Origin: Ruditapes philippinarum
Taxonomy: Eukaryota
NCBI RefSeq assembly: GCF_026571515.1
Contig: NW_026863859.1
Span: 248,001-312,000, forward strand
Direction of reading: 5' to 3'
DNA: 64,000 nt
The notes beneath the pieces are model-generated. The model searched no databases. It was not told where the DNA came from and was given only the letters and a program-made list of their open reading frames with translations. The translations under genes and the position numbers were made by a program. Of this stretch, positions 52,371 to 64,000 are shown one piece after another. Every line of letters starts with the position of its first letter. Position 1 is the first letter of the stretch.

Positions 52371-53299
52371 TTTTACACCTGGTCAATTTACTCAGAATGC
52401 AACACAGGAAAAATAATCTCACTTGTCTTAAGATTGATATAAAGTATCACGAAACTGTCGTATATATATTGTGAATAAATAATTTCAAGATTACACTGTT
52501 TTTATCTGTTTATTACAGTATAAAAGCGATTGTAAAATATTTTAAGATAGATTCACATCGTAAATCATGCCAAATTGAAGTTATAATCCCAATAAAGTGT
52601 TGTTGTTTTTATATCCTAACATTAGAGATATGTTCCGATGTTCAACTAAACTGTAAACACTACAAAAACGAAAATAAACAGCCCTATGTCAACATGTTTA
52701 TTCTGCGTTTAACATTACCATTAAAATGTTACTATAATAACTTTACATTTTCACGGTCGCTATTCCATAAAACATTTATTCTATCTCGTCTATAATATCT
52801 CACACGCTGGTTTTTAATTACACATTAACTTTCGCGAATCTTTTTGTACATAATAACTGTACTTTTATAAAAATTATCATAAAGACAAAATAAGAAAGAA
52901 AAAGAAAAAAGGGCGATCAGATTCGTTTACCACGTGACAAACTAAACACAAGTAAACTGTTAATCACATATTAATCCATATATGAAAACCGGATTTCCCA
53001 CGAAAGTCACAAAATTTAATGTAAACAAATAAGTACTTCAGGGGAAAAGCGTAAAATTTTATATTTCCCTTTCATGCAAGGCCGAATAGAAACTGTTCTG
53101 GTGTATGCGCATATAATCAATTTTATCCTCTCCAACCATTAAATCTTGATTTTATAACCCAAATACACGTTTCGCTGGATTAAACCCATTAAAAGAAAGT
53201 AACAAAGTAACCCGTTCAACAATAGTCCCGACAGCTCAGTTCATTTAGTTTAATAAAGCAGCCGCAGCTAACAAAATAATTGTTAACTTTAACAGCATG

Positions 53300-53890
53300 C
53301 AATGAAATCACTCGCCAATGTCAAAATGGAAATTGACAGTATTAAATTAGATAATTCGCCAATGACAAAATTATATTGACAATAATAAATCAGATAACTC
53401 GCCAATGACAAAATGGAAATTGACAGTATTGAATCAGTTAACTCGCCAATGACTGCATGAAATGCGATAATTCGCAAAAGGTAGCGTGATTTGAGATAAA
53501 TACCTAATGACATTATGGAATGAGATAATTTGTCAATGACAGCATGAAATGAGATAACTTGTCAATGAATGCATGAAATAACTCGCCGATGTTAGCTTAA
53601 AATGAGATAACTCCCCGATGTCAGCATAAAATGGGCTTATCCACTAAAGTCAGCATGAAATGAGATAACTCGCCGATGTCAGCATAAAATGAACTTATCC
53701 ACTAATTTTAGCATGAAATGAAATAACTCGCCGATGGCAGCATGAAATGAGATAGTTCGTCAATGATATAGCACGTAGTGAGATAATTTGCAAATGCCAA
53801 CTTGAAATGAGATAGCTCTCCAATGTCAGCATAAAATGAGATTACACGCCAATGACTGCATGAAATGCGATAAATCTCAAATGACAGTAT
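53300..53890. repeat. Degenerate ~29-bp minisatellite (TGAGATAACTCGCCAATGACAGCATGAAA)
   Basis: Recurrent ataactcgcc(a/g)atg and gcatgaaatgagata. Confidence 0.85.
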
Positions 53891-54516
53891 GAATTATGAC
53901 AGTAAGTACGAACTAGTAACTTCTTCACGTGAATAAATTCGAGGATCCTAACGGGGTTCAAACCCGTTAAAACCCGGTCACATACAATTGATTCGAAGGC
54001 AATAATATTAACCTATCGTCCATTGAGGTACAAAGAACAGCATAATAAATTTGCAAATAAATATTACCTCTTACATTAAGGGAATACGCATATACAGTTT
54101 TACATTTATTTAGTAGTCTGTGAGCATGCCGCTTTTGAAGTATGTGCGTCATAGCCGTCAAAAATTAAATTTATGATTTCCGACATACACCATCATGCGC
54201 GCTTTCATGTTTAAATTTCTGACCCCGTGAATGACATGGAAAAACTCCAAACGCTTACAATCTTATATAAATTAATTACAACTATGTTAATTTCTTATTT
54301 TTTTTCCAGAATATCTTCATTTTATTAACACATTATTTTGACAATGTTATTCTGAACATCTTAGGTTCGCATATAAATTTGATAAAATTTCATCGTCAGC
54401 AAAATTCAAAATAGGCCAAGAGTATTTTCATTTTGTTTCATAACTGAAGTCTTCATTGAATAAAATTCAACTTCGTTAGATGATCAAACTGTCTTCCCCT
54501 TTAGACCAACACAAGT

Positions 54517-55140
54517 GAAATAAGACACATGTACACGAGAGAAATAAGTCACCTGTAGACGAGCGAAATAAGACACGTGTACACGAGAGAAATGAAATAT
54601 TTGTACACGTGATAAATAAAGACACTCGTATTCGAGAGAAAAAGACAAATATACACGATAGAGAAATAACACACATTTCCAATTGAAAATTAAACACATG
54701 TACACGAGAGAAATAATACACATGCACATAAGAGAAGTAAGTCATATGTACTCGACAGAAATCAGACAAATGTACAAGAGAGAAATAAGACCTGTACTCG
54801 TGAGAAATAAGACACTCGTATATGAGAAAAAAGACACATGTACACGATAGAGAAATAACACATGTACACGTGAGAAAATAAACACATGTACCCGAGAAAA
54901 ATAAGTCACCTGTAGACGATAGAAATAAGACACTTGTACACGTGGGAAATAAGTCACTTATACACGTGGAAAATATGAAACTTGTACACGAGAGCAATAA
55001 GTCGCCCCTTGAGAAAAATGATACACATGCACGTGACAGAAATACATGAAAGTCATATGTACAGAAAACAGAAATCAGACAAATGTACAAGAGCGAAATA
55101 AGACACATATACACGAGATAAATTCGACACCTGTACACTG
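54517..55140. repeat. Degenerate 24-bp minisatellite (GAAATAAGACACATGTACACGAGA)
   Basis: Period 24 (54517 to 54541); source of the 227-aa spurious ORF. Confidence 0.9.
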
Positions 55141-55434
55141 TAAAGATATGAACGAGCATTCTCCGGTTGTTTAAATGAGCTCTCAGATTTCATAACATAT
55201 AAGTTTCTGGGTTAATAAGATTCAACAATCGACTGGTTAAATAACCAACCAACACTTAATGCCGGATTTCGTTTATAGGATATAATTAACTTTCTACCAA
55301 TTTAACTTTCATTTTATTTTAATTTGCCTTTACAATAATTGCTTCAGACGACAGACAGACGTTTGAGTAATATGTTATGTATATGAGGGACAATCGGTTT
55401 AAATGTAAATTAACCACTGTCCAAACTTGTGAAT

Positions 55435-55660
55435 GAGCCGCGTCATGACAAAACCAACATAGTGCGTTTGCGACCAGCATGGATCCAGACCAGCCTGCGC
55501 AGTCTGATCAGGATCCATGATGTTCGCTATCAGTATCTCTACTTGTGATAGGGTTTGTAAGCGAACAGCATGGATCCTGATCAGACTGCGCGGATGCGCA
55601 GGCTGGTCTGGATCCATGCTGGTCGCAAACGCACTATGTTGGTTTGTCGTGACGCGGCTC
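55435..55660. mobile_element. Hairpin MITE (Sola-like), copy 3, opposite internal orientation with a small deletion
   Basis: Same TIRs; loop tctctacttgtgatagggtttgt is the reverse complement of the loop in copy 2. Confidence 0.9.
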
Positions 55661-57155
55661 AAATAGTGTATGAATGTAGAAAAGTACGATACAAATTACT
55701 TCAGTTATGAGAGCAGCACGACCCAGGTTCATGAATAAATGTAAAAATATATTTTAATTTGTATAATGTTTATTATGCATACTTATTTAGTCACTAATAA
55801 TAGCATAGTCACGTACACTTACTATCTATGGGACTTAAAGGTGACAGAATATCGTGAAATAATCCCAGCCTTGTTACAAACTTAATCAAAATATTTTAAT
55901 TGAAAATAGTAAATTCACACATGATAATAACTATTTTGCAAAAAATACGCAGAGTTATATTTTGATTGTGCTCACCTACAATGTTTTTTTTTTTTAACTT
56001 TTAAACATTTTTAAGATGTTTGTCCGTTTAGAAGGCAGCTTTAAGGTAAGTCAATAGATCGTCGGAATTCGGTAACTTTCGTTACTTTCCGTACCTATTC
56101 TTTATGTGAAGAGTGTTCATTTGATAACTACAACTCTTCATCATATTCTTTAAACGACACGGAGAATGACGGAATATGCCGAATTTTCACGAACTTAACA
56201 TGGATGTATCCATTCCATGCATATTTTAGCTTATTCAATATTACCATGTATATATACATCTGTTTAAATCAATACCTCGAGTAATTTTAAAATTAAAATG
56301 CAAGAATCATTCTTGTATATCTTTAAACTGGTCTATATTATAATTTTAGTGGAATTATTTCAACAGCCTTAGTTTTATAAGGATCAGTGGAAAACGTTCA
56401 CTTTCTCTACACATACGAGTATCTGTTCCGTTAATTAATTTCATTTGTGCTTTACTGGAAATCATTTATATCTTAATAGCAAGCATATTTTCACTTCACA
56501 TCATTAATATTCAGGATCAAACAGAATACCGCTATCTACCGGTGTAAATTGCAGACTACGCACATCAATTCAATTCCTTTGATGAATAGATTTATTAAAA
56601 CAGTTGCTTTATAAAACGATTAAGGCACCTTTGTTTAGGTATTTATGCCGCGAATCTTTTGTCTTCGTTCCAAACCGGGGGCATTTGGAACGAGTATAAC
56701 GAACATGGGAACGTATTAACACCAAAACATAACCCCCTCATGTTCATAACCATGAAAGTTTTATAGACATTTAATGATATCAAACTAATTACTAAAAAGA
56801 AATAACGAATGACCATTAATCGTTCAAAGAGATTTAAAAATCTTTAATGCAAAAAAGAAGCTCTAGTTGTACATTATCGAATTTCAACTATGAATCATGT
56901 ATGAGTTCGAGTAATGAAATTGACAGGAAGGTATCCCCCGTACAGAGCCAGGTCAGCTTGCCGGACCTTACAATTTGACCGTTGGGAGGTGTCAGGAGTG
57001 TTGAGTGTCATATTTTTGGCAGAAGTTCCTGTTAATTAATAATTCAATATAGTCTCTAGTTTAGAGCTTGCTCGACCTTGAAGTTTGAACTACATGTACA
57101 TACAACTGGCTATTTTATTTTACAAGATAAATTTATGTAGATTAACATTTCGATA

Positions 57156-57516
57156 TTAAAGCGACCTTCAGCTTTTATTTCTTGTTTGAAAAACCAATTT
57201 TATTTTGTTTCGAACTAAGTGTTTCAGTAACTTTATCTTTGAAAAGTGCATCATACCAATGTTAAGCCTTCTTTAACGCAGCGTCCCGAAAGCTATTTAT
57301 AACGCGACAGTGACGTTCGTTTCTAAAAATAGAAGATCGCTCTTTACTAATTTACATTTAGAGTGCGGACCGGTAGATTCAGCTGATAAAATGCATTTTC
57401 TTATTGTTTAAGTATTTTAACGACGGCAAATTTCATTTTCCAAGTTAATTCTTATATTAAACGCTTTTTCTAAAAATAGCATATTTAACCTTTAGAAAAA
57501 CTGAAGGCCGCTTTAA
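57156..57516. mobile_element. Third TTAA-flanked MITE
   Basis: TTAA-AGCGACCTTCAG ... CTGAAGGCCGCT-TTAA. Confidence 0.7.
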
Positions 57517-58651
57517 ACAATTTCATTACGCACAATCATCTTGGGGAAACAGTGTTAATCTCCTTGATGTATAAACACCAATCAATCTCAATTTGTTGCT
57601 GTAAACAAAATAATTAATTTGGCGGGAAGATTGCCCTGATATTACAAAGGTTATTATTGATCAAGCTTCGGTGCCGTCTGTAGCATCTTTCCTGTAATAA
57701 CGATTACAGGCCGTGATTAATAACGATTGTAGACCGTGATTATAATTTACCGCGCAGAAACCACGTGATTGCATTGATAATGGCGGTAAATTGCCAGTCC
57801 CCGTGAAGTTAATTTGTCACTATTTTTTACAATCTGTCAAGTCTGCATTGTAAGATTTATTGGCAGACTGTTTCATCACAGTTAGAACTGTTGCGAAGGG
57901 AATGCTAATTTTGTCCGTGTCAAATGTGACATACGAGTGATTTTTTATCAATATATCACATTTAAAGCTAAAAGTTAACCACTGTTCGATATTAACACGC
58001 AATTGACATCGCAGCCGAAGCTATAACGCAATAATAAGGAAACCATGTAAAAAGAATATTGAACATTCCCTGAATGAGCGACGAGAAAAAAATATAACCT
58101 GTAACTTAAAACTATCGGCTTTGCTATAAAATTATGCCATTGTTTGGAGTTACAAGTTTTTCATATAAAAGATATTCGCTTTTTTTCTCGTCCCTGATTC
58201 AAGAAATAGTACTTTTTCACTGATTCAGTAAAATAAAATGTAATGTTTTCTTAATGTCATCTTATTTCATATCATATTTCAATGAAGATGTATCAATTCA
58301 ATACATTTTTCAATTCAATACATCAGCTGCTTATCCGTACGGTCGAACTGTAGGATATTTACTTGTGTTAAATGCATGGCATGCTAGTATTGTACGCAAT
58401 TAATACAAATCAATGTTAAATACTTGACCTAGTTTATAATATAAAGAAATCCATGCCGATATTCAATCTACTTTAGATTTCATAGAATATCACGTCACTA
58501 TCCGATAATTGTAGCTTGATTTGCAAAGAAATTTCATAATTATGCTAAATGGTGTTGTTAACTTTGATACCGAAGAAGAATGTGTGCCAATAATCAACAT
58601 CGTTCATGTTTCAAAGAAGTACAATAGGGTTACTATAAGTGGAACTTTTGC

Positions 58652-58941
58652 TTAAAGGCACATTATGCCTCAGAAATGAATTAAAGTTTACTTCTTTAAA
58701 CAGGGCAAACACGAACTTTCTAATATTCAAATATAGTTTTAGAGAATGTCAAATGCTTGTTACCTGAAGAAAGTAGCGATAAATGTGAAATAATGTGTCA
58801 AAAAAGTAGCAAAATTCAAACAAAGTAGTATTTTGACGTCCATACAAAATACTAAACCACTTATAACTGTATTTACTGAAAAAAGCAACAGATGAAAAGA
58901 AATATAAATAAAAGCATTTCTTGAACATAATGGACCTTTAA
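58652..58941. mobile_element. Kolobok-like MITE
   Basis: TTAA-AGGCACATTATGCCTCAGAAATGAAT ... CATAATGGACCT-TTAA; body matches the 21770 copy. Confidence 0.8.
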
Positions 58942-58999
58942 CATAATTAAGTTTATGTTAAATTTGTCAACATTTGAATTGAATAATAATTTTTGAAAT

Positions 59000-59350
59000 C
59001 CAAGTCAATATTTGAAGTATATTATGATTTTTTTGACATAATTATGTGTCAATATTTGACCTAGTTATTAATTTATTAAATACAAAGAAAATCTTTTAAT
59101 AGTTCAAAAGTTTTAGAAAAGAAACGTTAATTCAATTCATAATATTTAGAAATATCCGTCAATATTTGACATTCATGTCTATCATCATTCATGGGGAATC
59201 CAAGTAAATATTTGACCTAGTTAACAATTTGAATATTTGACCTAGTTTTTATAGAAATCTAAGTCACCCTTTGTGACCTACTAAAGTAAATATTTGACCT
59301 AGTTTACACTTTGATGAAACAAATTTCAATATTTGACCTAGTTTATAATT
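59000..59350. repeat. Irregular repeats of AATATTTGACCTAGTT
   Basis: Motif at ~59051, 59207, 59232, 59289, 59328. Confidence 0.7.
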
Positions 59351-62300
59351 TCACAAAAATCTGAGTTAATATAAGACCGACGATATAATTGTGCCAGTAT
59401 GTGGCCATCTTGCTTCCTCTGTGTGTAAGTTCCAGGGATCGGACTCGAGAATGGTTAAAATCTTAGCACACAAAATATCCTAAATATATAGACTTGCCTT
59501 TTCCCAATCTGAACAAAACTATTCATCATTGTATTAAGTTCAGATAACAAAATATGTACTGGCTGAAAAGCGAACAGTGTAGACCATGGTTAGATGGCAA
59601 GGATGTACCGGCAGATCTTGGTCTGCACTGCTCGCTTAAGTAGATTTTGTAACCGCAAGCAAACTGTGGGTTGAATAAGTGTAAAACTCTCATAAAAATA
59701 TAACTAAAATAAATATGTTTAAACAAAAGTATTTGATGTAAACATCAAGTAAACTACACAGGTTTCTTATTTCAATAGGTTTCACTGACATGTTCGAATA
59801 ATTCTGAGAAATACCGCATAACAATAACAAAGCTTCGGAAGATAAACAATTTTTCCACTTTATACAAACATATTAATGTAAATATAATTTTGCCATGTAC
59901 AACACGTTTCTCAGCAACTTCTCTGAAAGAACAAGTACTCAATGAACTTGTGTAATTTTTGTTTTGGTTGACTCATTTGTTCATTAATAGCTCCTTGCCT
60001 GGATGAATTACAAAGATATATTGTGAAGATTCAGACTCTTTTGAAAAAAGAAAGAAAGAAAGAAAAAAATAATAAAAAAATACTGATAAGCAAATACCGA
60101 TAGTGTAGCGGTGTTTGGAACGGGCTGGACGGCTTATAGCCGACTCCCACTGAGTTTATTATTTCTACAGTAGCACCGGTTATGATAAACAGTGATTAGC
60201 AGACGATTATCTACTGATTATCTCACTACCAGGATCGAATAAAGAGGAGGTTAACACCGACATTTCCTCGTTTCCATTGAACTGTATACATGTATGATCT
60301 TTCGTGTAGATTTTTGTGATTTTGGTTCGTTTATATACCGATCTGTTATGTAATGTATTATCTTTTTCTTTTCTTATGTGCACCGTTTGCAAGTTTGGCT
60401 TGGCTCTGGAACTAACTCTATGAAGACTAATGACGTCACATATTTACTCTGTGTATTTCAGTTTATTTATACTCGCCATCGATTGGCCATATGGGCGAGA
60501 CCTGCGGAAGATTATTAGTCATTTTATATTTTGCAGGCTAGTACAAGATACAGATACAGAAAGATGCCCTTATTCCAGAAGTTTAGTGTGTCAAATATTT
60601 AAGCAACCATACACGGGACCTCGATTAAAAGACTCATCCGAAAGACTGATTAGTAATTTTAATTCAGCCTCGCTATATTAATCGCGGTCTTTCTAGTTGA
60701 TCACCGAAACTGGACATGCGCAGTGCTTCAATCACAGCCAAACAATAGTTAGCGCCCGAACCCGTCTTTTATTTTCAGATTAATGTGATACTTTGTTATA
60801 TATTTCCAAAAATGAACACAATTTAAAAATGAATGTACCAATTTAGTGGTGGAAAAAGTGTCTTGATTTAACATTAAAAACCTTAGCAATCTTAAAGCAA
60901 TTCTGTAAAAAAACATGCAAATCACGTTTTTCAACATTTGTTTTCAAAGCAATTACAGGAACCGAAATACACACGAAGCAACTGTATTGAAAACAATTAA
61001 AAGGTAACTGGTATTGGCATGTTCAGAAAAAAAAACAAGAAAAGTTTTTAATTGATTTTAACATGTATACTATAACGTTACTACATTTCTATTTCTACAT
61101 GTATATTATCCTACTCTGAGTTTCTATATTTCGTGCTCCATTGTTTCAAGTTTATAAATCATTTTATCCAGAATATTTGAGTGAGCTTAGGTAATATGCT
61201 AAATATCAGTCGGTGGAGCTATAGACCTTTTAAATGCATATATTTATGGATTCGATCCTGTTGGGTACACGAGTTTCATCGATTTTCTACAAGCTAGCCA
61301 GAACTTTTTCCGCACGTGAAATAAATTCATCATCCATCGCAGGATTCGAACCCACAGTCGTGTAATATTTTCGATATTAAAATTGAGTCTTTGAAACGTT
61401 CGAGGTTTTCAGTTTGAGGAAAATACTTTGGATATTCATATGATCATTCGTTCTTACTTAGACAGTATATTTAATTGAAAATGAACACAGATTTAAATGA
61501 ATGCGAAACAAAATTAATATGTAATGGTAAGTTCTTAAAAAACAAAACAAAAAAACCCAAACAAACTTAATTGATCAAAGCCGTGGAACAATATTTTCTT
61601 TTAGGGTATTGTTGCTACCGTTTGATATGCAACAACAAATGGATGATAATTTTGCTGCTTCTTTTATTTCATATAGCTCGGAAATTTTGATAGCATATTC
61701 ACATTTTGATATTTTAAAAATGTTGATATTCTAAACAAAATTGAACTGAAATTTCTCAAATATAACTTAAATTTGAAAAAGAAATCCGTCAATGGTGATG
61801 TCAGAATTATTCCACTTTCAACTGGTATTAAAAACTAGAGTATAAGTTTTTTGAAGAAAACTTATAACTTTATTAGAAGTTAAACTATAGAATTTATCTT
61901 GTTTCATAATTTATAATAACAAGCCTCATTATCAGTTTATACAAAACTGGTAGAAATCTGTTATTAATTCTGGAAACGCTTAAGTTAGAGAATATATAAA
62001 CAAGAATGTGCTTCGAGTAATATTTCAATCTCATTCCCTGTAAGTTTGCTATTTCTTTATGTAAGATTATGGGTGTATGAAGCTTGCCAAATGAAAAAGG
62101 GAAGATTTTGTAATAATAGTAGGATAACAACGAACTTTGTCATTTGTGTAATAATAACTTGTAAGGTGATGAATTTCATTAAATCTTCAACTTTTTTTTA
62201 TTTTTAAGTTATTAAAAAGAAATATTAAGACATTTTTCTTTGTTATGATTAATAATATTTGTGTCAAGTAACTTCATAGTCTCCTTGGAATTCAAAAATT

Positions 62301-62499
62301 TAATCTTCCATTTAAGGTTAAAAAAATTTCTCTTCTTTTTGTTTTGCTCTGCAAATTTATTTTTCATTTTAAGTCTCAACCTTTTCATCAAGTCTTGTGC
62401 ACGTGACCTAATGCTTTACCACAACCGCTTACATGCCTAAGAACACCCCTCAATATAACATTAATTCCTACATAAAAAGTAGTTAATGAAGTTAGTAAG

Positions 62500-62880
62500 T
62501 GCGATGACTACAATGTAAATGATGATAATTGTGTTGTTCTTGTTCTTAATCTTGTCTCTTTATGATGCTGTTAGTGTTATGTAATCAGTTTTATGTTATT
62601 GTTATGCTGTTTTTAATTATCATTATGAAGTGATCAATGTTGTATTATTATAGCAATTGTATGTTTTTCTAAGATGATAATTATGATTATGAAGTTATCA
62701 AATTGTCTTTGTATAGCAATTTTATGTTTTCATTATGATAATTTTCAACATGATGTTGGACATAATACATTGTAATAATATAGATGCTCACGCTATTGAT
62801 GATGATAATTACATTGATGATAATGATAATTATAATATGATAATAATAATTTTGATAATACTTTTGTTATCCCTTATCAC
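62500..62880. repeat. GAT/AAT/GTT low-complexity tract
   Basis: Direct reading; underlies ORF 62735-63220. Confidence 0.65.
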
Positions 62881-64000
62881 AATTTTCTTAACAAACGTTA
62901 TCAACAATGTATACATTGAAAAAAAAGAAATCAGTGAAAAGTATGCATATCATCCAATGCTTAAGTTCTTCTCAAACATTCGACATCTATATTTGACATT
63001 AACGAAGAAAAAAAATGTGGTAACAAAAAGTGTCTTACCATTATGTTTTCATTTTTTGTATTTAACACCATCTTATTATTATCCTTACTATTCACATTAC
63101 ACGGTATATGTCTGCTTAACACTGATGAAGAATATGACTCACGCTCGATCTGGCTTTACAAACCCGTTTTCAACAAGCATCTTGGCTTGTTCTCTACTGC
63201 CTAATCTACAGACTGTTTGATATATGATTGGCACGAGAAACATGGTGTTTCTTTTGATCGTAACTGCTGGTAAGAAATTACGAAATGTTTAAGTGTTTTA
63301 AACCGCAAAACATTCTGAAAAACATTTAAATGTTTTTAATCAGCAGCTGTGTGTTATACTACAGTTAAAAGAGCGAAATATATATTGTATGAAACAACAA
63401 TATTTACAATAACAACAAGAAAAACAGCAACAGCAGCACTAACAAAACAACAATGACAAAGAACAAAGACAACAAGAAATACTTATTTACTTATTTAATC
63501 TATTTTCTAGTAATTTTGTTTCTTTCTATGAAGTTATTTTCATAAAAAAGATTAATATAAACAGATTAAAATGAAAAGAACGTGTAAATTGTATTAAATA
63601 CTTTAATGTTCTCGGATTTCTAAAAATATCTATCATTCTTATTTATAAATTGTCACACATGCCACTCGAAACTTATATTTCAATAATGTCTATTTTCAGA
63701 AACTGTTTTCAGTTTACAAAAACTCTTTGTATTTTTATAAGCCATCGGACATGGTTTTCATTTCCTAGTATGTTTACGTAACAAAGATTACAATTTTTGT
63801 CCAGGCGGTGAAAAATTATTCCGTAACCTGATTCAATGGATTTTTTAAATAAACCATAGAACATATTTATTTAAACTATTGAATAGTTTTTCACTGAAAA
63901 TTATGGACCAAATTTTCACAAACAGACTATAGTCTCATATCATATTTACCTGCAAAATTTGGAACTCGTGCCAAGAAAATAGTCTATGCTTATCATTGGA

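Noticed and set aside
54476-55159. 227-aa ORF and overlapping ORFs
   Set aside because: They are translations of the 24-bp minisatellite, whose period is divisible by three
62735-63220. 161-aa ORF
   Set aside because: Begins in a GAT/AAT low-complexity tract and has no recognisable domain

Overview
This is AT-rich, intron-containing eukaryotic DNA with four assembly gaps. The repeat landscape suggests an invertebrate, probably a bivalve mollusc (inference). Two genes lie on the minus strand. (1) Three tandem, paralogous first coding exons of a claudin/PMP22-type tetraspan protein (2281-2476, 7845-8043, 11986-12184). Each has its own ATG, upstream region and phase-1 GT donor, and I see no downstream exons between them. 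This suggests a variable-first-exon array spliced to shared constant exons left of the window. (2) A calmodulin-like gene (predicted 232 aa) with four canonical EF hands, calmodulin-type intron positions and a ~90-aa Ser/Lys-rich N-terminus, spanning ~20857-52370. Its predicted 24.7-kb first intron holds a 4.8-kb foldback element (40644-45477) with CATG termini, an exact target-site duplication and ~1.7-1.8-kb modular inverted arms. The rest is minisatellites (22, 24, 29, 40, 46, 52 bp), several MITE families, tRNA-derived SINEs and microsatellites. No prokaryotic features, true tRNA/rRNA genes or CRISPR arrays are supported.
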